Shown: piece by piece, positions 17,317 through 25,012 of the stretch
How the letters are laid out: each line of letters starts with the position of its first letter
How positions within the stretch are numbered: position 1 is the first letter of the stretch
DNA from: a virus
UHGV virus genome: UHGV-0099905
Reading direction: 5' to 3' (one strand)
DNA length: 29,459 nucleotides
Program-made: the position numbers and the translations under genes
Notes under the pieces: generated by a model
Database searches by the model: none
Seen by the model: the letters and a program-made list of their open reading frames with translations, nothing else
Told to the model about the DNA's origin: nothing

Positions 17317-17984
17317 TATTCTTCTTCCTCCAGACTCAACAGATAATCTACAAATTCTTCAAACTCGGCTTCCGCCTTTTTGTCGCGCTCGCTACCGGTC
17401 ATTTCAAAGATAGAACGACCAGACTCTTCCGCATCATCATAGACGTTGCGGTTATATAAATTGACTGGCGCAGACTCGATGCCAAACGTCTCGACAATCT
17501 CTTTAGCCGCCAAAATGCGAGACACTTGTGATGGCAAAGCCGGGCACTGGTTCATGACCGCGCGGACCTTCACTTTATCGTTTACATTACGAACATTGTC
17601 GATAATAGGATCGATGTCACGCAGAGATTTCAAATCACGACGCTTAGGACGAAGCGGGATAATGATAACGTCGGCCATCAGCATCGCTTGTCGCTGAATT
17701 TCGGAGTCAAAGCCACCAGCATCTACCACTACAAACTCAGCTCTACCCTGAAGCGATTTTAGGTGCTTAATGATGTCATCCTGAACGTATGCAAAAGGAA
17801 TCAGCTCAAGGTCTTCGTTCTGTCGACGGTCTTCACACCAGCTTGTTGTCGTGCGCTGAATATCTATATCAGTGATATAAACCTTCTTCTTCTTTTTGAC
17901 TTTCAGGCAAACGGCAATTTGCTGGGCAACAGTGGATTTGCCAGGCCCGCCCTTTGTGCCGCCAACCACAAAGATCTTGGTCAT
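17316..17984 (-). CDS. parA: ParA/Soj-family partition ATPase (small type)
   Basis: Deviant Walker A VVGGTKGGPGKST; 222 aa, typical of small ParA/ParF-like ATPases. Confidence 0.8.
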   Translation of the reverse strand: MTKIFVVGGTKGGPGKSTVAQQIAVCLKVKKKKKVYITDIDIQRTTTSWCEDRRQNEDLELIPFAYVQDDIIKHLKSLQGRAEFVVVDAGGFDSEIQRQAMLMADVIIIPLRPKRRDLKSLRDIDPIIDNVRNVNDKVKVRAVMNQCPALPSQVSRILAAKEIVETFGIESAPVNLYNRNVYDDAEESGRSIFEMTGSERDKKAEAEFEEFVDYLLSLEEEE

Positions 17985-18161
17985 TGGAGAGTTCCCTTTG
18001 CGTATATAATTATCGTCTGAAACAACTTGTTTTCTTATATGTGATATAGCCTAAATGCCTACGGCTGCGGTGTAAAGGTTATTTAGTAGGTTGTTATTGC
18101 CTATTGCTAGTAACTGTTTTCATTTGTCTGTTGAAAAAAGTGACAATCATCTCTATATTAC

Positions 18162-18184
18162 GTGTACGGTAAATTGCCGTACAC
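18162..18184. promoter_or_regulatory. Inverted repeat GTGTACGG-N7-CCGTACAC upstream of the partition operon (candidate operator/centromere element)
   Basis: Perfect 8-bp inverted repeat; a 12-bp palindrome GGGCTATAGCCC lies at 18207-18218. Confidence 0.35.
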
Positions 18185-18264
18185 AATTTGATGACACATA
18201 CGCAATGGGCTATAGCCCAGTTAAATAACCTTTGAGTCGAAAACTCAGTTTAAATAGAGAGCAA

Positions 18265-18293
18265 TGATGGCCTTCCTACATCACCGGCCATCA
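18265..18293. promoter_or_regulatory. Inverted repeat TGATGGCC-N13-GGCCATCA overlapping the RBS of the antitoxin gene (candidate TA operator)
   Basis: Perfect 8-bp arms immediately upstream of the ATG at 18304. Confidence 0.4.
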
Positions 18294-18303
18294 GGGGGTA
18301 CAC

Positions 18304-18573
18304 ATGTCCGCACTGAAAAAGCAGCGCATCGATTTGAGATTAACCGATGACGATAAAAGCATCATCGAGGAAGCTGCCGCAATGTCTAACCAGAGCATTA
18401 CCCAGTTCATGGTTAGCAGTGCATCCGAACGTGCCGTGAAGGTGATAGAGCAACACCGTAGACTGGTTCTAAGTGAAGAGTCCTGGAATCTGGTTATGGA
18501 TGCTATAAGCAATCCTCCGGCACCGAACGACAAGCTGAAACGAGCTGCCAATCGTCTGAAAAGCATGGAGTAA
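18304..18573 (+). CDS. tacA: DUF1778-type RHH antitoxin (TacA-like)
   Basis: 89 aa; RIDLRLTDDDKSIIEEAAA...QFMV...AISNPPAPNDKLKRA pattern typical of the family; followed 8 nt later by a GNAT gene. Confidence 0.8.
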   Translation: MSALKKQRIDLRLTDDDKSIIEEAAAMSNQSITQFMVSSASERAVKVIEQHRRLVLSEESWNLVMDAISNPPAPNDKLKRAANRLKSME

Positions 18574-18580
18574 TTTACTC

Positions 18581-19102
18581 GTGAGCAATACGACGATCGA
18601 GATTTTCTCTGGAGAGAAAGATTATGATCTAAACGGTTTTGATTGCGGCGAAGAGTCACTAAACGCATTTTTGACCAACCACTTAAAAAGACAGCATGAA
18701 GGAAAAATTCTTCGCGCTTATGTGCTTTGCACTAAAGAAGAAATACCAAAGGTATTAGGTTATTACACTTTGTCAGGCAGCTGCTTTGAGAAAGAAAACT
18801 TACCTTCAAAGAGTCAGCAAAAGAAAGTGCCTTATCGGCATGTCCCAAGTATCACTTTAGGCAGACTGGCTTTGGACAAATCTCTTCAAGGTCAGGGGCT
18901 TGGCTCAATGCTTGTAACTCACGCAATGCGTGTTGTGTACAATGCATCTCTTGCGGTAGGCATTCATGGGCTTTTCGTTGAGGCGTTGAACGATAAAGCC
19001 AGGGCGTTTTATAAAAGTTTGGGCTTTATCCAGCTGGTTGGTAACAACGATCGTTCTTTGTTCTATCCAACAAAATCTATCGAAAAATTGTTCGAAGAAT
19101 AA
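18581..19102 (+). CDS. tacT: GNAT-family acetyltransferase toxin (TacT/AtaT-like)
   Basis: 173 aa GNAT fold pattern (LGYYTLSGSCF..., QGQGLGSMLV) paired with a DUF1778 gene; GTG start. Confidence 0.8.
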   Translation: MSNTTIEIFSGEKDYDLNGFDCGEESLNAFLTNHLKRQHEGKILRAYVLCTKEEIPKVLGYYTLSGSCFEKENLPSKSQQKKVPYRHVPSITLGRLALDKSLQGQGLGSMLVTHAMRVVYNASLAVGIHGLFVEALNDKARAFYKSLGFIQLVGNNDRSLFYPTKSIEKLFEE

Positions 19103-19134
19103 TGTGTCCCCCTCATTTGAGGGGAACTTCGACA

Positions 19135-19320
19135 TCACCAACCGCAAACTCTCTCTCCCATCGTATTGTGAAAAAGGATTTGGCGTTCGGTTTCTTCGGT
19201 CATTACATCGTCATTGCTGATATAAATAGGTTCAGCGCCATCGCAGAACAACACGCTGGTGGTCTGTGGCTTAATTACGCACCCACTTATCATGCAGCTC
19301 ACGATGAATGGCAGAAGCAT
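19135..19320 (-). CDS. Outer-membrane spanin candidate (lipoprotein), embedded in a different frame in the i-spanin gene
   Basis: Lipoprotein signal MLLPFIVSCMISGC with lipobox; overlaps the 3' part of 19271-19522 out of frame, the classic Rz/Rz1 arrangement. Confidence 0.5.
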   Translation of the reverse strand: MLLPFIVSCMISGCVIKPQTTSVLFCDGAEPIYISNDDVMTEETERQILFHNTMGERVCGW

Positions 19321-19522
19321 CTTTCTGACGTATTTCACTGTTCGTCTCATTCACCACTTCCACTGTGCTTTGAAGACGCTTGTTATCTTCCCGCCGTTCT
19401 TTCTCTTCCATACTGCGTCTGGCCATATACCCGCCATAGGAGTATGCGCCGACAAGGACTAGAATGACGGCGGCCAGAGTGAACAAAGCGGATTTCATTT
19501 TGAACAACAGGCCGTCGAACAT
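19271..19522 (-). CDS. Inner-membrane spanin candidate (N-terminal TM, charged periplasmic helix)
   Basis: 83 aa; TM helix SALFTLAAVILVLVGAY followed by a charged helical segment; downstream of the putative lysin. Confidence 0.5.
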   Translation of the reverse strand: MFDGLLFKMKSALFTLAAVILVLVGAYSYGGYMARRSMEEKERREDNKRLQSTVEVVNETNSEIRQKDASAIHRELHDKWVRN

Positions 19523-19524
19523 AC

Positions 19525-20217
19525 TTACACTAATCCTTTCTGGTGCTTGCGAACCTGGGACCAGGCAATGAATGCTGCCACAAGAATGGTAGCTACGCCA
19601 AAGATGATGCGTACCGTATCTCCACTGGAGATATTGCCTTGCGCTTTATCCATTGCGGCAGAAACTTGAGGCATAACGTCAGCAATTTGTGCAAGGCCAA
19701 TACCTGCAGTGACTGTAGCACCTGTGGTTTCTTTTGTTACAGGAACGGCTTTTACAGCCTTTACCGGTTTGACAATGCCGGCACGTCGCAGCCCTTCTTC
19801 GATAAGTTCTGGTGTATACCAGCTATTGGGGGTTTTCAGCGGACCTCGGCCATTTTCATGTCTAATGATCGCCTCTACCAGCGGTCTTAAGGTCTCGTAG
19901 TCATGCAGATCGATAATCATATCTGGTGCTACTCCAACGGCTTTGGATACCTCGTTCACATAAGCCAAAGTGTTGTTCTCATGTGGAGGCGCCCAGCGTT
20001 CGATGACTTCGCGGATCGTATCAATGCTGGAGCCATCTTTTGCGCGGCGCTTGTCGTGGTAAGTAATGAGTGTCACTGCCAAAGCCCGAATCCCCCACAC
20101 GGGGTCTTTGAACGTGCAGAAACGCGGTTCGGCAGGGTTGTCAATTAGCCCCTGCCACGGCGCTCCTTTATCAAGATTACCGGGGTTGTTATTACGAATG
20201 CCTCTCGGAGTTTTCAT
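19525..20217 (-). CDS. Putative cell-wall hydrolase (endolysin-like) with C-terminal hydrophobic anchor; family not recognised
   Basis: Position between holin-like gene and spanins; N-terminal motif RGIRNNNPGNL; C-terminal TM IIFGVATILVAAFIAWSQV; start placed at ATG 20217 behind AGGAGA. Confidence 0.35.
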   Translation of the reverse strand: MKTPRGIRNNNPGNLDKGAPWQGLIDNPAEPRFCTFKDPVWGIRALAVTLITYHDKRRAKDGSSIDTIREVIERWAPPHENNTLAYVNEVSKAVGVAPDMIIDLHDYETLRPLVEAIIRHENGRGPLKTPNSWYTPELIEEGLRRAGIVKPVKAVKAVPVTKETTGATVTAGIGLAQIADVMPQVSAAMDKAQGNISSGDTVRIIFGVATILVAAFIAWSQVRKHQKGLV

Positions 20218-20230
20218 CCTTGATCTCCTG

Positions 20231-20554
20231 TTATTGCAATCCATTTTTTACGCCATACGCGGCCAATCCTAAAAGCAGTACGGTAATAATGAACGACGTT
20301 ATTTTCGAAACAATGCCGCCAAAGAACCCACTGGAGATGGTGTCGAGCCGGTTAAGAAGTTTGTCCAGATTGGAGTGCTGAATGCTGTGTTGTGCGGGCG
20401 TCATATCGCCAAAGTAGGTTTTGAGCTGGTCATTGACCTCCTGACCAATTTCCTCGCGTATTTCTTTACCTAATTTGCCTACGACTTCCCGAGCAACGAT
20501 TGAGGCGATGCGCTCAACCTGTTCAGTTGTGACTCCCGCCATCTCGTTCGACAT
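20231..20554 (-). CDS. Holin-like small membrane protein (single C-terminal TM)
   Basis: 107 aa from the ATG preceded by GGAGGA; C-terminal TM ITSFIITVLLLGLAAYGV; first gene of the lysis-like cassette; an extended -10 (TGGTATAAAT) lies upstream. Confidence 0.4.
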   Translation of the reverse strand: MSNEMAGVTTEQVERIASIVAREVVGKLGKEIREEIGQEVNDQLKTYFGDMTPAQHSIQHSNLDKLLNRLDTISSGFFGGIVSKITSFIITVLLLGLAAYGVKNGLQ

Positions 20555-20620
20555 GTTTTCCTCCATGAAAAGTCAAATCGGGATGGCGAATTTATACCAC
20601 AAATATTACCTTTTTTGTAG

Positions 20621-20632
20621 GTAAGTACTTAC
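20621..20632. promoter_or_regulatory. Perfect 12-bp palindrome GTAAGTACTTAC (motif copy) upstream of the lysis-like cassette
   Basis: Overlaps the stop codon of the Gly-rich gene; followed at about 25 nt by TGGTATAAAT. Confidence 0.5.
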
Positions 20633-21423
20633 ACACGAGAACCGTATATTGCTCCGACGGCGATCCATTGAGGGGCATTACCCATGACAGCAGCCCCAGC
20701 AGCCCCACCGCCATATCGATTTCCAGAGTTGCCATAACACGCTCCACCTGCCGCTCCAACATTGCCACCAGTACCGCCATGATTAGCGTTAACCCCAGAC
20801 CCAGTACCTGGAGCAGTAAGCGAAGCGGCCCCAGCAGCAGCACCACCATTGCCTGAATACCTACCTGCAGCACCAAATGGCCTGCCACCGCCACCACCTA
20901 CCAGATAGGCTCCGACAAAGCCGGCATCCCAATAGCCACCACCGCCACCACCGCCACCACCGCCACCACCGGCAATAGCACCATTATTGGTAATACGTAG
21001 TCTAGTTCCTATTGCATTCTTAATCGCGGCCCCACCAGCAGAACCCGCTGAGTTTGACCCGCCATTTCCTCCTCTCCCATATATGGTAACTCCACCATTA
21101 ATTACGAGGTTAATATATGAGTTTGATAAGTCACCAGGAAAGTCTAGGCAAGGGACTGTACTACTTGTAGAAACTAAATCCCCTGTAATAGTAACTACTA
21201 CAGGTGTAGAGCCAACAGAGCGTAAATATGATATTAATGTGTCTTTGTTATAATTGTGATTAGCCCCTATTGAGTAGTAAATCTCTTTTGACCTACCGGC
21301 CATCTGTGACATATTTCCTGCTGCCGACAATTGGACTGTGGTACGGGCAGCACTCATCCAACGTTGCCCTGTTTCGGAAACCGCTGATGATCCTATCCAT
21401 CCTGGAACATTTGAAATTGACAC
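20629..21423 (-). CDS. Glycine-rich protein (264 aa) downstream of the side tail fibre gene
   Basis: ORF in track; GTG start after GAGAGGG; central G12 run and GG/GN repeats; N-terminal non-repetitive domain. Confidence 0.6.
   Translation of the reverse strand: MSISNVPGWIGSSAVSETGQRWMSAARTTVQLSAAGNMSQMAGRSKEIYYSIGANHNYNKDTLISYLRSVGSTPVVVTITGDLVSTSSTVPCLDFPGDLSNSYINLVINGGVTIYGRGGNGGSNSAGSAGGAAIKNAIGTRLRITNNGAIAGGGGGGGGGGGGYWDAGFVGAYLVGGGGGRPFGAAGRYSGNGGAAAGAASLTAPGTGSGVNANHGGTGGNVGAAGGACYGNSGNRYGGGAAGAAVMGNAPQWIAVGAIYGSRV
20936..20973. repeat. Simple-sequence repeat (CCACCACCG)x4 encoding the poly-Gly run
   Basis: Seen directly; the 9-bp unit keeps the reading frame. Confidence 0.9.
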
Positions 21424-21485
21424 AATAACCCTCTCAAATATTATGACAGTTTATTATGGGAGAGGTCTTAGCCTCTCCAACATTA

Positions 21486-24400
21486 TCATATTTTTTGTTC
21501 AATGATTGCTGCCAGCTCTTTAACAGCCTCAATAAGAAGTGCTATTTGTGCAGAATTTGAAATAGTCAGAACATCTTCGCCATTTGCATCTTTGTAAGCT
21601 GAAACAGCTTCCGGTAAAACCTTTTGGAGTTCCTGAGCAACAACACCCGCCTCACGACGAACCGTACTAGATTGAAAATTTTCCTTTTTATCGTAAATTA
21701 ATCCGCTCAGTACTTTCACCTTACTCAGAGCATTTTTAATCGGTGCGAAGTTACTTTTAAGTCTGGCATCAGAGCGGATATAAACATCGTTAAAGTTACC
21801 ATTACCTCCACAAACCCAAGTACCATCATTTTGAAGATATGCGTTCGCATCCGTGCCATTCGCGGTACGTGAGTTGTTGATCATGTAAAAACCAAACTGA
21901 CTGTTTCCCAAGCCACCCACAAAGAATTTGCGATCCGCGTGGTCTTGTCTCAACAACGCTTGTGCAGAGCTTGTGCTTACAGCATTCTTCCCGAAGATGA
22001 CGTTCTGGCTCCGCATATCGATCCATGCGCCAGAACCGCTGTTGATAGAGTAGCTGTTGGCATAAACCCATGCACTTGACGTGATATCCCCCGTTACACT
22101 CAACGGCTTAAGGCTTTGCAACGTGCCATTAGTGAACCGAAAAACATGGGCATTATTTGCATAAACATCAAGAATGCCATCACCATTCTGTTTTAAGCCA
22201 GTATCATTATCGCCTAATACGATAGAGTTTCCGCCAAGCGCATTCGACACCCCTAATCCGACGCTACCGTTAATTACTGCCCCATTACTAATATCAACGC
22301 CATTTCCAAGTGTCACTCGTCCTGTTGTATTGCTAATATATAGTGGACGTAAAGGTCCCCAACTTCCATGTTGATCACCTGAATTTGTCAACAGAAAGTA
22401 AGTATTCGCCCCATCATTTCGAATGAAGAAGCCATAATTCCCATATACTGCACGGAAAGCATTTGCTGTTTCGGAAACCACCTCTCCATTTATACTCATT
22501 GTAATAGTATTGTCAGTGTTTCTCTGACTGTAAAAGTGATAGCCTTGATCGTCTTTGAATTCAATTACCGTTGGCCTTGAAGAATTTCCCCATACCTGCA
22601 TATAAGTATTCAGTGACGGAGTTTCAGTAGTCTGCACCCTGAATACTTTCCCGTTTGAATTTTGAAATCCAAGTGACCCGGTTAAAGTTCCTCCGGTTAA
22701 TTTCAAAAAGAGTGCATCAATCCATCCAGCGAAACCCGGTTTATTGATATACACGTTGCCATCATTGGCAAATATACCACCACCAGGTGATCTTAATGGC
22801 TGCGACATATTCGCCAAAGTCAATTGGCCTGACATTGAATCGCCAGCTCGATTAAAGTCGCGCCTCCAGCCTGGCGCATAAGAGTCACCGTGGTTGATGT
22901 AGGTAAACTGAGCCTTGACGGTTCCGCCATTCGTTGCCGTCGTGGGGGTAGTGACGCGAATCGTCATAGCATCCCGAACCCCCATAACTTCAACTACAGC
23001 GCCAGCGAGTTGTATATTCCCACAACCGGTATCCGTGATGATTTTATTGGCAGCGTAAGACCAAGAGCCTTTGCACATCCAGTATGGATAATTGAATGCC
23101 CCCTGAGACTCCAACCACTCAATAAATTGCGCCGTCGTCCAGTTGTTGCTGTCTCCCCCAATACTGATACTGCCGCCAGCAGCTTTCGCTGCGCCAATAT
23201 TTTTTGCGAAGGTGTCTTTGCTAGGTATATCCGCGCCATTCTGGTCTTTCCGAAGGCGTGTTTCAGCATTGTCGTATGCGGCCTTCACGGCCTTTGATGT
23301 GGCCGCATAACTTTCACTGCTATTGTTGGTATCACTGTTAAGCTGAACAAGCCCCTTTTGCGACGTGGTGGCGTCCTGTGCAGTGTATTTGCCATTAGCA
23401 AGATCATATGCTGTCTTTACTGCTTTTGGGGTGGCTGCAAATGACTCCGATTCGCTATTAGTTGAGCTACTAAGTTGTACTATTCCCTTATTCGTCGTGC
23501 TTGCATCCTCAAGCGCCACGGCGGATGCAATATCCTCAGCTCGTTTTGCCGCTGTCTCAGAGCGTGTTGCCGCGGATTCTGCCGCATTTTTGCTCTGCGC
23601 AGCCGCCGTCGCACTGTCTGCCGCTTCCGTCGCCTTCGTTGATGCCGTTGTCGCACTCTCTGCTGCCGCTGACGCCTGGCGAGCGGCCTCATCTTTTGAA
23701 GATGACGCCGAGGAAGCTGAAACAGAGGCAGAGCTTGCAGATTCGGCTGCTGTCTCCTTAGAAGCAGCGGCATTGTCTTCTGAAGTCTTTGCATTGGTTT
23801 CAGAAGATTTTGCCGCCTCTGCTGACTTTTCCGCAGCTGTTGCCTGTTTCGTCGCCTCTGTCGCTTTAGCGGTGGCATTTGCCGCGGATAACGAAGCGCT
23901 TTCCGCAGACTTTTCTGCCGACGTTGCACTTGATGAAGCACTATCCGCGCTTACTGAGGCCGCGCTCGCTGACGTTTCTGCCGCAGATTTCGAACTGTTT
24001 GCAGACAATGCACTCTGTTCGGCAGCAGATTCAGACGCTTTTGCGTTTGTCTCTGATGCTTTTGCTGCCTTACATGAATTTGCAGCTTCTGTAGCTGATG
24101 ATGCTGCCGCGTTTGCACTCGATGAAGCGTTAGTCTCTGATAATTTAGCCGCATCCTTAGATGCAGAGGCACTGGACGCTGATGTGGCTGCCTCCGATGC
24201 TTTAGTCGACGCCACAGATGCTGATTCTGCTGCCGCTTCTTTTGCCGCTTCTGCGTTTGTTTCAGATTTTTCCGCAGCAGCTGCACTCTCACTCGCCGCA
24301 CTTTGTGAAGATACCGCAGCGGATGCACTTTGAGATGCCTGAGAGGCTTTTTCTACAGCAGTGTTGGCACTTTCTGCCGCAGCGACAGCACTGGCCGCCG

Positions 24401-24875
24401 CCTCCCGAGCTTTGTCTCCAGCGGCCTCAATCGCATCGGTGTTATTTTTATACCACTCAACGTTTTCGTTATGCTCGTTGACGATCTGCATTAGCGGCTT
24501 AACGGTCACTTCTGTACCGTCTTCACGCTCGATTGTCACATCATCCAGAGCGGTCAACCAACTGCGCATGGACTTGGAATCAGCCGACATACGCGACATT
24601 AGTGCAGTAAAGCGCGCACTAAACTGAGTTAAGTCGCCTTCATAGGTCGTAATGATTCGGCACGGAACTTTAGATTGAGTTTCGCCGGTATAAGGTTCTG
24701 AGAGGACAATGACCGTATCACTGGTTACGCGCTTGACCTCATACAACTTATTGTCAGGACCAATGACAATCATGCCCGGTAACACGCCGTTTTCGGTCAA
24801 ATTCCAACGTGTTCCGATGCCTGATATTGTGTCGCTTCCTTTTGTAAATGTAACAGTACCTTCCCTGTACCACAT
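21486..24875 (-). CDS. Side tail fibre protein (lambda Stf-like) with Ala/Ser-rich coiled-coil region, phage fibre repeats and C-terminal S74-type intramolecular chaperone
   Basis: KRAEDIASAVALEDASTTNKGIVQLSSSTNSESESFAATPKAVK closely matches the lambda Stf repeat as recalled; C-terminal SDARLK...VLPEAV chaperone/autocleavage pattern; start moved to ATG 24875 behind AAGGAG (the track ORF begins 31 codons upstream). Confidence 0.85.
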   Translation of the reverse strand: MWYREGTVTFTKGSDTISGIGTRWNLTENGVLPGMIVIGPDNKLYEVKRVTSDTVIVLSEPYTGETQSKVPCRIITTYEGDLTQFSARFTALMSRMSADSKSMRSWLTALDDVTIEREDGTEVTVKPLMQIVNEHNENVEWYKNNTDAIEAAGDKAREAAASAVAAAESANTAVEKASQASQSASAAVSSQSAASESAAAAEKSETNAEAAKEAAAESASVASTKASEAATSASSASASKDAAKLSETNASSSANAAASSATEAANSCKAAKASETNAKASESAAEQSALSANSSKSAAETSASAASVSADSASSSATSAEKSAESASLSAANATAKATEATKQATAAEKSAEAAKSSETNAKTSEDNAAASKETAAESASSASVSASSASSSKDEAARQASAAAESATTASTKATEAADSATAAAQSKNAAESAATRSETAAKRAEDIASAVALEDASTTNKGIVQLSSSTNSESESFAATPKAVKTAYDLANGKYTAQDATTSQKGLVQLNSDTNNSSESYAATSKAVKAAYDNAETRLRKDQNGADIPSKDTFAKNIGAAKAAGGSISIGGDSNNWTTAQFIEWLESQGAFNYPYWMCKGSWSYAANKIITDTGCGNIQLAGAVVEVMGVRDAMTIRVTTPTTATNGGTVKAQFTYINHGDSYAPGWRRDFNRAGDSMSGQLTLANMSQPLRSPGGGIFANDGNVYINKPGFAGWIDALFLKLTGGTLTGSLGFQNSNGKVFRVQTTETPSLNTYMQVWGNSSRPTVIEFKDDQGYHFYSQRNTDNTITMSINGEVVSETANAFRAVYGNYGFFIRNDGANTYFLLTNSGDQHGSWGPLRPLYISNTTGRVTLGNGVDISNGAVINGSVGLGVSNALGGNSIVLGDNDTGLKQNGDGILDVYANNAHVFRFTNGTLQSLKPLSVTGDITSSAWVYANSYSINSGSGAWIDMRSQNVIFGKNAVSTSSAQALLRQDHADRKFFVGGLGNSQFGFYMINNSRTANGTDANAYLQNDGTWVCGGNGNFNDVYIRSDARLKSNFAPIKNALSKVKVLSGLIYDKKENFQSSTVRREAGVVAQELQKVLPEAVSAYKDANGEDVLTISNSAQIALLIEAVKELAAIIEQKI

Positions 24876-24895
24876 GTTCTTTTTCACTCCTTGAA

Positions 24896-24919
24896 GTGTG
24901 GGCGTCCCCCCGCCCACAC
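24896..24919. other. GC-rich hairpin (9-bp stem GTGTGGGCG / CGCCCACAC, 6-nt loop) in the 5' leader of the tail-fibre gene
   Basis: Seen directly between the motif copy and the RBS. Confidence 0.5.
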
Positions 24920-24920
24920 A

Positions 24921-24944
24921 AATAGGTATATACTTACTTATTAT
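24921..24944. promoter_or_regulatory. Motif copy AATAGGTATATACTTACTTATTAT
   Basis: Near-identical to the 15867-15890 copy; 45-70 nt upstream of the tail-fibre ATG. Confidence 0.55.
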
Positions 24945-25012
24945 CCATGATACAAAATCCTTTTGCACTAAGAAAACACGCTATATACATTGCTGCTCAT
25001 TATTCCTATCAA

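Noticed and set aside
17850-17930. Lysine run KVKKKKKV in ParA as a possible slippery site
   Set aside because: The codons are mixed AAA/AAG/GTC rather than a homopolymeric tract, so programmed slippage is not indicated.
23280-24400. Possible CRISPR-like or tandem array from the highly repetitive look of this stretch
   Set aside because: The repeats are degenerate, lie in frame within a coding region (Ala/Ser-rich coiled coil and phage-fibre repeats), and have no regular repeat-spacer periodicity; no cas genes are present.
23365-24481. Long plus-strand ORFs (322 aa Ala-rich, 153 aa, 125 aa, 87 aa) and minus-strand out-of-frame ORFs overlapping the tail-fibre gene
   Set aside because: They lie within the low-complexity GC-rich Ala/Ser-coding region of the Stf-like gene, where every frame is open; their products are low-complexity mirror translations with no start context. 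Only the minus-strand Stf frame has recognisable motifs.
21486-24968. Track start of the 1160-aa tail-fibre ORF at 24968
   Set aside because: The first 31 codons overlap the promoter motif and GC hairpin and precede a strong AAGGAG site; the ATG at 24875 is the more plausible start.
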